The notes beneath the pieces are model-generated. The model saw only the letters and a list, made by a program, of their open reading frames with translations, was not told the origin of the DNA and searched no databases. 64,000 nucleotides of DNA from the NCBI GenBank assembly GCA_964016885.1, contig OZ024741.1, positions 140,740,001 to 140,804,000 of the forward strand. Direction: 5' to 3'. The DNA comes from Eledone cirrhosa. Its lineage: Eukaryota. Each line of letters begins with the position of its first letter. The stretch's first letter is position 1. A program made the position numbers and the translations under genes. Shown here in pieces: positions 38,426 through 49,524 of the stretch.

Positions 38426-40671
38426 TCAACCTCTCAAAGACACCTCTAACCAACACACAAATCAACATTTTAAGTAAGGGCCTGAAATTTACACCTACAC
38501 CACGTAAACCAAACTTCCCCGAAATGAAGGATGACATCATGGAATACTGCCGAAAGCTGCGACTAACGGAATTCTTCCACAACGACACCACCACTGAAGA
38601 CGAATCACTGGTTAGAAATAAAAGCAATTTCTTCCCACAAAAGGGAAGAAATAAAGCACTGGACACGTACTGCGAACACATCACCAACTTTCCCTATGAA
38701 AAAATTACAAATAAACACACGAAATCAAACCTATCTACACACGAATGGGAAGAATTATTCACACTTAGAAACAACCCTGAGATAACTATCAAAGAAGCCG
38801 ATAAAGGCAGTACTGTTGTCATTATGAATACGGACTACTATAGGAATGTCGCACTTAACATTTTAGAAAACAACACATACTATGAAAAAACAGAAAACTA
38901 CAAACACACCAAAACAATGGGGAACCTTTTGACCTTACTGAATAAATACCGCAACAGCTTAACCACAAAAGAGTTTAACTATATAAGCCACTTCAAATGC
39001 AATACAAGCTCTTTTTACGGCTTACCGAAACTCCACAAATGTAAACCCATAAACGATGCATGTGACACCTCAACCAACAATTACATTGAACTAACACCAC
39101 CAGAAGACCTAAAACTCAGGCCAATTATAGCAGGCCCTACATGTGAAACCCACAGACTTAGCAAGTTTCTGGACATCCTACTGAAACCCTTTCTACAACA
39201 TATACAGAGCTACATACGAGATGACCTTGACATGCTGAAACACCTCCCTAAAACAGTAAGTGCAAATATAATTCTTGTCTCCTTTGACGTAATAAACCTC
39301 TACACAAACATACCTCACAACTATGGAATAACAGCAGTCCAATACTGGCTTAACACACACCCATCAGAAATACCGACACGCATCAACGCAGATTTTATCA
39401 CTGACGGACTCCGCTTTATCCTACAAAATAACTACTTCGCATTCAATGGTTCAACATACAGACAAGTATCAGGTACGGCAATGGGCACGAAAGTAGCACC
39501 CACATATGCCAACCTAGTCATGGGATTCCATGAACAACAAATATACAGTCAGTCCCTTCTCTTATTTGGAGACTCTTTCCACACACACCTCAAAGCCAAT
39601 TGGAAAAGATATCTAGACGACTGCTTTATCCTATGGCAAGAAGACATGAACTCACTTACTACGTTTAAAAACATGATAAACAACATAGATAATAACATAC
39701 AATTCACAATGGAATCCAATCCTAAGGAATTAGCCTTCTTGGATATTCTCATCTCTGTAATAGACGGGAAATTAGATACAGATATATTCTATAAACCCAC
39801 AGATTCCAAGCAATAACTCTTTTTCACATCAAGTCACCCAAAACATACAAAACTTAACATTCCTTACAATTTGGCCAAACGTATATGTGCCATAGTATCA
39901 GATCCACCTAAACGGGAGCAAAGACTAAAGGAACTAAAAGACACCCTTATCTTAAGAGCCTTTCCACTTGAAATAATCAACAATGGAATAGACAGGACAA
40001 AACACCTAAATCCCCATCAACTTAACAATCCAAAACAGAAAACCACACTCAACACCCTGCCATATGTATCCACTTTCAACCCCAGAAATACCGAAATGTT
40101 TGATCACCTACACAAAAACCTCCCCATCCTACTTAAAGATGTAAAAATGAAGTCTATTCTTGAAACACACAAGATCCTTAAAAGTAAAAGACAACCCAAA
40201 TCACTTAAACGCATTCTCACTGGACCAAATATACCCAAACCAATACTCAACCATACAGTTACCAAATGTGGTAGAACAAACTGTGGAACGTGCCTCTACC
40301 TCACTGAAGGACAAACATTTACATTCAAAGATGGCCAAACATTTACAGTAAAAAACAATTTCACCTGCAACTCGGAGAACTTGATTTACGCAATAACTTG
40401 CGGTGGGTGCAAACACAACTACATAGGACAGACGGGCACCTCATTACGCAAAAGAATGACCATCCACCGCCAACAAATCCGGGACGCTAACACAAGAAAA
40501 ATCCCCTTGAGCAGCCATATTGCGAACTGCGCAGGAATGACACTACCCAACTTTAAAATATTCCCCTTCTACAAGTGCTCAGATTCGTTCACACAGCAAC
40601 AAAGAATAAACAAAGAAAATCTATTCCTTAACAAATTTAAACCAAAACTAAACGGGTTATCACCCCAATAG
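38395..40671 (+). pseudogene. Neptune RT, zinc finger and GIY-YIG with one premature stop (39814-39816)
   Basis: IINLS, LSKGLKF, KEADKG, YGLPKLHK, RPIIAG, FDVINLYT, GTAMGT, RYLDD, FLD, CGRTNCGTC, LIYAITC..C...YIGQT..LRKRM..H. Confidence 0.93.
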
Positions 40672-41056
40672 AATTGTCATAAAATATAAACACACATACG
40701 CACGGAATCACTACTATTAAAGACCAGAGACCAATTCTGTAGAATCAGGTTTATTCGTTGACAGACCATGCCTTTGTGTGACCAATACATCCATGTTAAA
40801 CCCTGCACGTGCACACACATATATCTCTCTATATATATGCGCACACAGAATTCACCACTGTCGGTTGCGGGGCCCAATCTACATGAAGAACTCAATGTGA
40901 TCAGAATGACTTGTATTTTAATTTCACTGTCCCAACTTCTTATATTATGGAAAAAATATATGTGTCTGTATGTATATATATATATATATTTGGAGGCCAT
41001 TTCTCTGTGTGTGGGTGTATGTATGTGTATGTGTGTGTGTGTATGTATGTCTGGGG

Positions 41057-41090
<34 letters not shown>

Positions 41091-41153
41091 GTGTGTATAT
41101 ATATATGTGTGTGTATGTATGTGTGTATCTGGATGTATGTGTATGTATATATA

Positions 41154-41200
<47 letters not shown>

Positions 41201-41257
41201 ATGTGTATATATGTGTATGTGTGTATGTATATGTATGTGTGTGTGTATGTATGTGTG

Positions 41258-41322
<65 letters not shown>

Positions 41323-41668
41323 GTATGTGTGGATGAAGGTATGTGTGTATATATAGGTGTAAGTGCACTAAATCCCTTTCTATCACGCTCCACTCTCCTA
41401 CCCACCACAGGAAGATATGTGTATGTATATTGCTTCCACCCCCTCACTGACCAGCAGCTGGCCAGTTAGCGATTGCTAAATCTGACCTTTATAAAATAAC
41501 CCACACCCCAAATAACTTCTCATTCACTACCAGAAAGGGACACAGCAGTCAACCTGTTGTTGCTACCTAGATGAAAACTGCTATGAAATCCCACAATGAA
41601 TTTTATACTTGAATTTTCAAATCTCAAATTCTAACTCTTCGTATTATTAATTTTTCTTAATATTAATC

Positions 41669-41716
41669 AACATTTGAAAAGATGGCTTTTGCAGACCCAT
41701 CGAAACCGGTCATTTT
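41669..41716 (+). ncRNA. Type I hammerhead ribozyme with compensatory U3-A8 core
   Basis: aacat-TTGAAAA-GATGG cttttgcagac CCATC-GAAA-CCGG-TC|atttt. Palindromic stem III ACCGGT, GUC triplet. Confidence 0.72.
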
Positions 41717-41865
41717 TTATAGCCTTTATTATTTCCTTACCTTATAAAATTATGTTTTTTCACAAAAAAGTATTCTGTCTCTTATATATTCCATGTGCCA
41801 TTACCAACCTCAATTTTCTCTATAACCTTCGTTTTGTGTAGAAAATTACACTTTTCATATATATT

Positions 41866-41956
<91 letters not shown>

Positions 41957-43249
41957 TTATATATATATATATAAATATATATTTATATAATATATATATA
42001 TATATATATATATGGGGGGGGGCGTGCGTGTGCGTGTGTGTGTATAAAATACATGTACTGTTTACGTTTACCTGTAGGGCTACAAAATATCAATCTGGCC
42101 AACATAAGGTATAATATTAATCTAAATTCCTGTGTTATCTTTTACCTTCCGTCGTAGATAAAACAACAGTAATCTGTTGGATTAGTTTCACTGAGTTCTC
42201 TTTAGGCATGAAAATTGGCTGCAGTCTGAAAGCTGATAGAAATGTTATCGTCTATGCATGTTAAATATTTTACATCTGCAATGTATATATTTAATTGCTC
42301 AAATTAGGCACTTCAGCATATGTTAAAAGGATGACAAGAAATAACATTTTCATTAATCTTTATTTACATTGTAATGGATGTTTACATATGAATTATTTTC
42401 AAAGGAAATCAAAATTTTCTTTTAATAAAATCAAGGAATTATCTTATCAAAGTTTTTTCCTCGAATTTCGGATGCCGAAAACGTTACATTGTTCGGTATG
42501 AAACAAAGACTACAGACGTTCGAGTACAATTGTTTCAGAAGGTTGCAAGATAATTCGTACACAGCATACAATCAGGGTACAAACCAATAAATATTCCCGT
42601 GGGTAAGAACTACTCTTTGCAACAGTAAAAACAAATCCGTGTGCCTAGTAGTGATATATAGACCAACAAACCTTCAAGTCCACAATTTTCCCAGACTTAT
42701 TTGCAGGAAGGCACAGAAGAGGCAAAAGAAATCCTAATCCGACGGGGTAAACAAAAGTTTGCTCTGTGCATAGGAATAATACACATCAGACCTTCCAATC
42801 TCTAAAAACCCAAACTGGAATTACCATGAAAAACAGTGCTCCAAACCGGGAGGATATGAAGCAAAGTGGGGAGATTTTACATAATGAACGCTATACCAAT
42901 TTTCACAACAGAAGACAACTCTTACCCATGCCAAAGTGGGCTGGAGATCTTCTCGTCGGAAGGGGTGAGATTTCAGTCTGTTATTTACAGGGTTGCAAAA
43001 AAAGAAGCAGAGGAAATCCTCCCCCCCCCCTCCCCCCGACAAAAGTAAACAAAAGCTTGTTCTCTGCATGGGAATAATATATATAAACAGCCGTAGTCAT
43101 AGCCAACACATTATTCTTGATATTTAATATGCTGATAAAAGATCTTCCATGATTCTGTGATGTAGTAAATTTATTTTGATGATAGTTACCTCCTAAATAG
43201 AAGCTAACTAATTAGCTTTTAAATGTAGCGGCATTTGTACGTAGACAGC

Positions 43250-43546
43250 AGGGCGTCGAGTGAGTTGAAATGCTTAGAAAATGTAGAAATTTTCAAACGC
43301 GGGAAATAACTGAATAAAATTGATTGCTAAAAGTAATAGCTTAAAAAATGTTACAGGGTATTGAGCTGGAATTTGTGAGGTAAGCTGTTCGATTATCTGT
43401 AGCAGCTGCTCGCCACGCTTTGCGTCTATAGGGGTATTTTACCCGTCTTCCTAAGCTATCAGTTATATGAATCATTTGTGGACATAATTACTTCCTGTAT
43501 CCCACATTCTTACATTTTCTAAGCATTTCAACACGCTCGAGGCTCT
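43250..43546. mobile_element. MITE-like element with ~35-bp imperfect inverted ends
   Basis: cgtcgagtgagttgaaatgcttagaaaatgtagaa versus ttcttacattttctaagcatttcaacacgctcgagg. Confidence 0.55.
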
Positions 43547-43567
43547 CACATTTATTGTAAAATATCG

Positions 43568-43608
<41 letters not shown>

Positions 43609-43684
43609 ATCGGTGTGAGATGCTTAAAGCGTCCGTATGGGGTAGGCCGTTTGAGCAATCGATGCTCTTACAGAGCAGAGTATA

Positions 43685-43875
43685 ATATCACATAAGAAAC
43701 GGAGAATCAGTGGTGCGATATTAGAGTGTTGCGATATTACAAATCGTTTCTCTGGCGACCAGCTCGAGGCACGATCGATGCGATGATAGAACCTGAGTCG
43801 GAAATCGCCAGAGAAACGACTGTAATATGTCCAATAAATTTTAATTCGTCGCACCACTGATTCTCCGTTTCTTAT

Positions 43876-43882
<7 letters not shown>
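43685..43882. repeat. Fold-back element in (TA)n, PLE-like
   Basis: Outer 34-bp perfect inverted repeat atatcacataagaaacggagaatcagtggtgcga. Inner inverted repeat tcgtttctctggcga/tcgccagagaaacga. Confidence 0.7.
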
Positions 43883-43943
<61 letters not shown>

Positions 43944-44081
43944 GGTATATCACTAGCCGTGTAGTATTACGAGTACATATTAATGCTAACTTACGCGTTA
44001 TTTCTCCATTGCTTTATTATCGTACTCACAACTCTCAGAATATTTATTGTCGTAGAAGAATGTTATTAAGTTCCATTATAG

Positions 44082-44580
44082 GGCCGAGGTTAACTTTGCC
44101 TTTCGTCCATACGGGGTCGATAAAATAAAGTACCAGTAATACACTGGGTAATTGCTAGCCTTGTGCCTAACGTAGAAACAATTATATATATTATAGGGCG
44201 GTGGATTACCAGTATCGGTAGAGGGTCGGACGCCATGCTTTCCAGCATAGTTACGTCCCTTTGCGGTCTGAGTTCAACTCCCGCCGAGGTTAACTTTTAC
44301 TTTCATCCTTACAGGGTCGATAAAATAAAGTACCAGTAATGTACTGTGTAATTGATGGCCTTGTGCCAAAAGTAGAAACAATTATATATATTATAGGGCG
44401 GTGGATTGGCAGTATCGGTAGAGGGTCGGACGCTATGCTTTCCAGCAGAGTTACGTCCCTTTACAGTCTGAGTTCAAATCCCGCCGAGGTTTACTTTGCC
44501 TTTCATCCTTACGGGGTCGATAAAATAAAGTACCAGTAATGCACTGGGTAATTGCTGGCCTTGTGCCAGAAGTAGAAACA

Positions 44581-44614
<34 letters not shown>

Positions 44615-44805
44615 GGCGGTGGATTGGGAGTATCGGTAGAGTGTTGGACGCCATGCTTTGCGGCATTGAGTTACGGCCCTTGCCATTCTGAGTTCAAATC
44701 CCGCCGAGGGTAACTTTGCCTTTCATCCTTACGGGGTCGATAAAATAAAGTACCAGTAATGTACTGGGTACTTGCTGGCCTTGTGCCAAAAAGTAGAAAC
44801 AATTA
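44082..44805 (+). mobile_element. Head-to-tail array of four SINE copies (first truncated)
   Basis: Units start near 44082, 44197, 44397 and 44615. Spacers attatatatattatag or (att)n. Confidence 0.92.
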
Positions 44806-45747
44806 TATATATTATATACTTCTATAAGACCCAGCTATGTAGTAAATATGGCATAACTGTTTTTATTTATATGATAGTGTCTAGTTAACGTGCTAGAAAT
44901 TGAAGCTATCGAAAACACATTAGTGTCGATTACCTTCAACGTTTTTATTGTTCTATAGAATCTTTTCATATACACCACGACAAGCTGTGTTAGTTACAGA
45001 CAGAGAAAGTAAGTGTAAGATAAAACACTCTATGTTATGAACATTTTAAAGACACGAGTTAACAGTAAGATAATCATATTTTGGTGAAAATCTTATAAGC
45101 TCAGTTCACAATGAATATTATTACCTAATGCATACCGTAATGTAGCCATGTTGCACGTCTATGTGTCACCATTAAGTGTTTCCGGTACATATATATATAT
45201 ACAACCGAGCACTACAGACACCGTTTGCTATAGAATTCCATTTATATGTGAACGATATAGATTTTTAAAGAGTAGCAGTGCTCATAGAAATTGCCATGTT
45301 AAAGTGATTCCAAAAAAATAACCAATTTACTTAATGGCTTTGGAATATGAAAATATTAATCCAAAAAACAAGTTGAACACGAACTTTAGTTGTTCTGTTA
45401 CATCAAAACATATGTTTCATTGTGAGTATTCAATGATGTACTGCCGTTTGAAATTATTATTAAAATTAGAAATATATTCACAATACTACTGCCACTCATA
45501 AAATTTGGAAGTGTGGATTATTGTCCGTAATTATAGTCAAGGTTTTGAAATCATTAACAATTAGAATAGAAAACGTATATTGATTTAATGATTAGCTTAA
45601 ATGTATTTTATTGAAGGTATCGTTTTATTACATTAATCATTAATTAGTTTTCTAAAATTAAAGATAGGTCGTTTAGATAGAATGAATAACCTCTAAATTT
45701 ATAGCCGTTTGCTCTTGTACTAGATTTCTATCATTACGACCTATTGG

Positions 45748-45975
45748 GGTGGTGAATTAGCCGTATAGGTAGAACGTCAGACAACATGCGTTGCGGCATA
45801 TAGTTACGGCACTTTACGTTCTGAGTTCAAATCCCACCGAGGTTAACTTTGCATTTCATCCTTACGGGGTCGATAAAAATAAAATACGAATAAGGCACTG
45901 TAGTTGATTTAATCGATCCCCCACTAAATAAAAAAAACATTGATGGCCTTGTGCCTAAATCAGAAATCATTATTA
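45748..45975 (+). mobile_element. SINE, older and longer subfamily
   Basis: Same head and core plus an extra gttgatttaatcgatccccc segment. Confidence 0.85.
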
Positions 45976-46699
45976 AGACCTATCTGTTTCATTGGTAGTT
46001 TGTGTGATTGTATTCCATCATCGTAAATATACGTGATGTAGGAGTTAGAATGTTCAACTCAGAAACGCACGGTTGTGAGTTTGATTTCCGACGCCGAGTT
46101 TTCTCCTTGTGTTAGACATTTTATTTTGTGTTGTTTCAATCACCTCTACGAAAAGTGACTTTTGTCATTTAACGGTTGATGTGTTAGTGGAATGCCAGCC
46201 ACCTGCACGCTAACATTCCGAGCAAGCTGTTCTATTCGATCAAAAGTCGCCGAAGCAAGGGACGCAGGATTAATAAATGCTTAGACGCACAGCCCTATTT
46301 CTTCATCGAAGAGCTAAATAGGAAAATTGAAAAATGTAAAGAAATGATTAGTTAAAACAACATTTGTTTCGTGAAGTTTACGAGCTGTGTTTTCTGTCTA
46401 TACACAAACTGAAACGCTAGTCGTGGGAATCGGTGAAAGACCAATTTTTCCTCTCATACAAATTTACATGAAGGCTGTCAAGTTTATGTTTGAATCTTAG
46501 ACGTGGGAACAACGATAAAAAGTGAAAAACATTGCCTAATAATCATATCATGCAGGCTAATATACATACATTTTATAAATAGTGGATTTTAAAGATTCTA
46601 GCTTCAGATCCGAAAACACATCGACTCATTTAATTATACTGATATAACATCAATTCTATAATTTACATATACGTTCGTTTATATATATATAAATGTATA

Positions 46700-47700
46700 T
46701 GACCTGGGCTGATCAAGACATTAGATTGTTGACGATCACGATACCTTTAGGAAAGGCTTGACAGTCACAAGCAGTGAATGTGCTTATTTAAGCAACGTTT
46801 CCCTGAAGACAGTTTTAAAAGTATATTCCATTTCTCCGAGTTACACAGCTGGCAAAATTTCATCCTATTGACGTAGATGATGGATTTTTCCAGTATCCTC
46901 AATTTAATGAAGAACACCATGCCATTATCTTTGAGGTTCCACACACAGTTTATGAGCTGAGTGGTATATTGCTGGTTAGGATCACTGAAGATTGTTTTGG
47001 GGTTCAGGAAACAGTTTTGAATCGGCTCTCAGATATTTCCACATATGTCCAGGCTTCAGTTTAGTGATACTGATTGGTAGAGGTCACGTCTGCCTCATAT
47101 AACCGCTAGAGGGTTACACTGTTGATCTAGACGGAATGCTTCTGGTCTTTTGCACGAGCATCTGTAAGGTGAAAGGCTTTGCGTTTGTTGGTGATGTGAG
47201 ATACCAGCTTCTTGGTACGAGAGTAACCTATTTTCACTGTATGGCGGTTAAATATTTGCCGGTATTTATGGCCTACAGGGTAGCGAAAATCTAAGAGGGC
47301 TAGGAATGTTCTACATCCATTAGTCTTACCGTTGAGCGCTAAGGGTAGCCCAGACCACACGACGGTTTTATGTCTGGATATTGTGTTTCTAGACATAGGG
47401 TAGTACTCTAGTGATTAAGAGATTATCTCGAAGAAGAATCTGTTGCTTTGGACTGCGTTGTAGTAGGGCGTGTCCCTGTCAAACATAGCTTTGCTATAAG
47501 AGAAGTTGGATAACTTCTTGCTGATGGTGTTAATGAGATTTATAAAAACTATAGTGAGGTAACCATAGTCCTGTGAATGTATCTATGTTTTTCACTTGGT
47601 TTGGGGAATGATCGATATGTGCGTGTACGTAGGTAGAAATATACCACAAGGCTGCTTAAATATGCGCCTCGACTGGTTCACTAGCTGTCGTTATAAAGCA
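46700..47700 (-). pseudogene. Highly decayed Naiad-type PLE
   Basis: VVWS..P...KTNG.RTFLALLD..YP.GHKYRQIFNRHTVKIGYS, with GIY-YIG remnants downstream. Confidence 0.7.
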
Positions 47701-49337
47701 AACATTGTTCAGAAAAGAATGGTCTAGACCAGAATAATTGAATTTTTCTTCTACTTTTCAACTTCAGTGCTGGGCTCCCTATGAAACAGAAGTTGCTAAC
47801 CTTGAGCTTTTTTCTGATAGTTACCTCCCTTCTCACTTACATTGTTTATAGTATTTGTCTATTTATAAATAGTTTCGTGATTATCTACTCTTAGACGTCT
47901 TCTATACTTTCTAAAACGTCCATGGTGGGAAACCATTTTAAATTTTATGACAAACTGAATGAGTTGAGATATATAATCCAACGAAACCTAAGTATCTGAA
48001 CATGTCACTGTTGTAACTAATTATAATTATATATGTGTGTGTTTTGCGTGTGTGCTAAAGAGGCTGTTTACACACAGTAGACAGGAAATCTTGAAACACT
48101 AACCGAATCACTGAATGAGCACACAATACAGATGCAAAGAGTGTACTATTTATTTCGAGAGAGGGGAACTGGAAAAGATCTAACTGAATTTAAAGTGCAA
48201 ATCTGGCAAGAACAGAAGGTATGGTCCCAATAGGCACTATAAAAAATGAAGGGCGAATATAAGTAGAACATAATTAAATTAAATAGATAACTAGTGGAAA
48301 AGCTCAACAGCAACAATACAAATAAGAACTATGTATCTTTCACAGATATAAACAAATCAGGATTCTAAGTCGGAAGTAAATTGAATTACAGTTTAAAGCC
48401 TAAAATCTGTCACAGAGAATTTTGCTTTTCATCTATGCAGGTTGATGGAATGTACTTTGGTAGATTAAATATAATATTTTAATTATATTTGGTGTGATAT
48501 CATCACAATATAAGAAGTTATACTTAATAACCAGCTAAAACATTCTGAACAACTCGGAATAATCTAATCAAGCCCCAAAGAAATTATTCAAGAATATCTT
48601 TAATTGTAAATATTAATTATTCTAACAATATTTTACATAACTAAATTCAGTCCAGAAATGTCTATTATATTCTTTATCATTTATAGTGGAATTTTCTTAG
48701 GAGAAATATGTCTAGAACTTGGAAATATATGCATTATAAATATTCAATATTCGCCAACTAATAAGATACGCATTATATATTACACGGTCTCTAATTCAAG
48801 TTTGTGTGAGATTAAAATATATATTGCACATTCAAACTATTTATGTAAATGCTTGCATCTGATTAATTGTACTGATTAACAAGTAATAAGTAACAACATA
48901 TGCAGCAGCACAACGAATGAACTTATTATCCGCAATATATTTGGGAGAGCATATCTTCAATAATGAATTTGGAGAACGTGTCAAATGTAGCATATTTAAT
49001 TCTAGGAAAGCCTATGCGTGTCGCTATCTAATAAGTATGTTTCTCCTATTAATTGAGAGTCATGTTAATACACGCTCTCTTATGTTAAAATAAGAATATC
49101 TATTTGGTTGAAACATGTTTCCTCACTGAGATCAAATCCTTACTGGTACCAGAACGTTTGTGATAGTTAATTTCAATTGATCCATCCTACATGTTATGTA
49201 TTATTTCCTATTATGCCTATAAACTAGGAGTTAAGACTTATTCAACCATATGTCAAGCAAATTGAAAATATGTTGGTGATAGAACAGATGGCATAAATTG
49301 TAAATAATACATGCATTTATGATTTATACCATATAAT

Positions 49338-49524
49338 TGTTTCTATTTTTTGGCACAAGGCCAACAATTACCCAGTGCATTAATGGTTCTTTATTTTATC
49401 GACCCCGTAAGGATGAAAGGCAAAGTTAACTTCGGCGGGATTTGAACTCAGAATGGCAAAGGCGGTAACTCTATGCGTCAAAGCATGGCGTCCAACCCTC
49501 TACCGATACTGCCAATCCACCGCC
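49338..49524 (-). mobile_element. Full-length SINE with a 19-bp TSD
   Basis: atgatttataccatataat at 49319-49337 and 49525-49543. Confidence 0.92.

Larger units (their letters stand above)
36393..41856 (+). mobile_element. Young Neptune-type PLE with two ORFs and an inverted pLTR
   Basis: 36393 to about 37275 is the near-identical reverse complement of about 41005-41824. 32-nt tail at 41825-41856. (TA)n flanks. Confidence 0.93.

Noticed and set aside
42145-42225. Possible minus-strand host exon (tttcag...gaag|gtaaaa)
   Set aside because: Only splice-like dinucleotides, with no recognisable protein or partner exons.
44082-44805. CRISPR-like or tRNA gene array
   Set aside because: The units are whole SINEs with no unique spacers and no cloverleaf 3' end, in a eukaryotic context.
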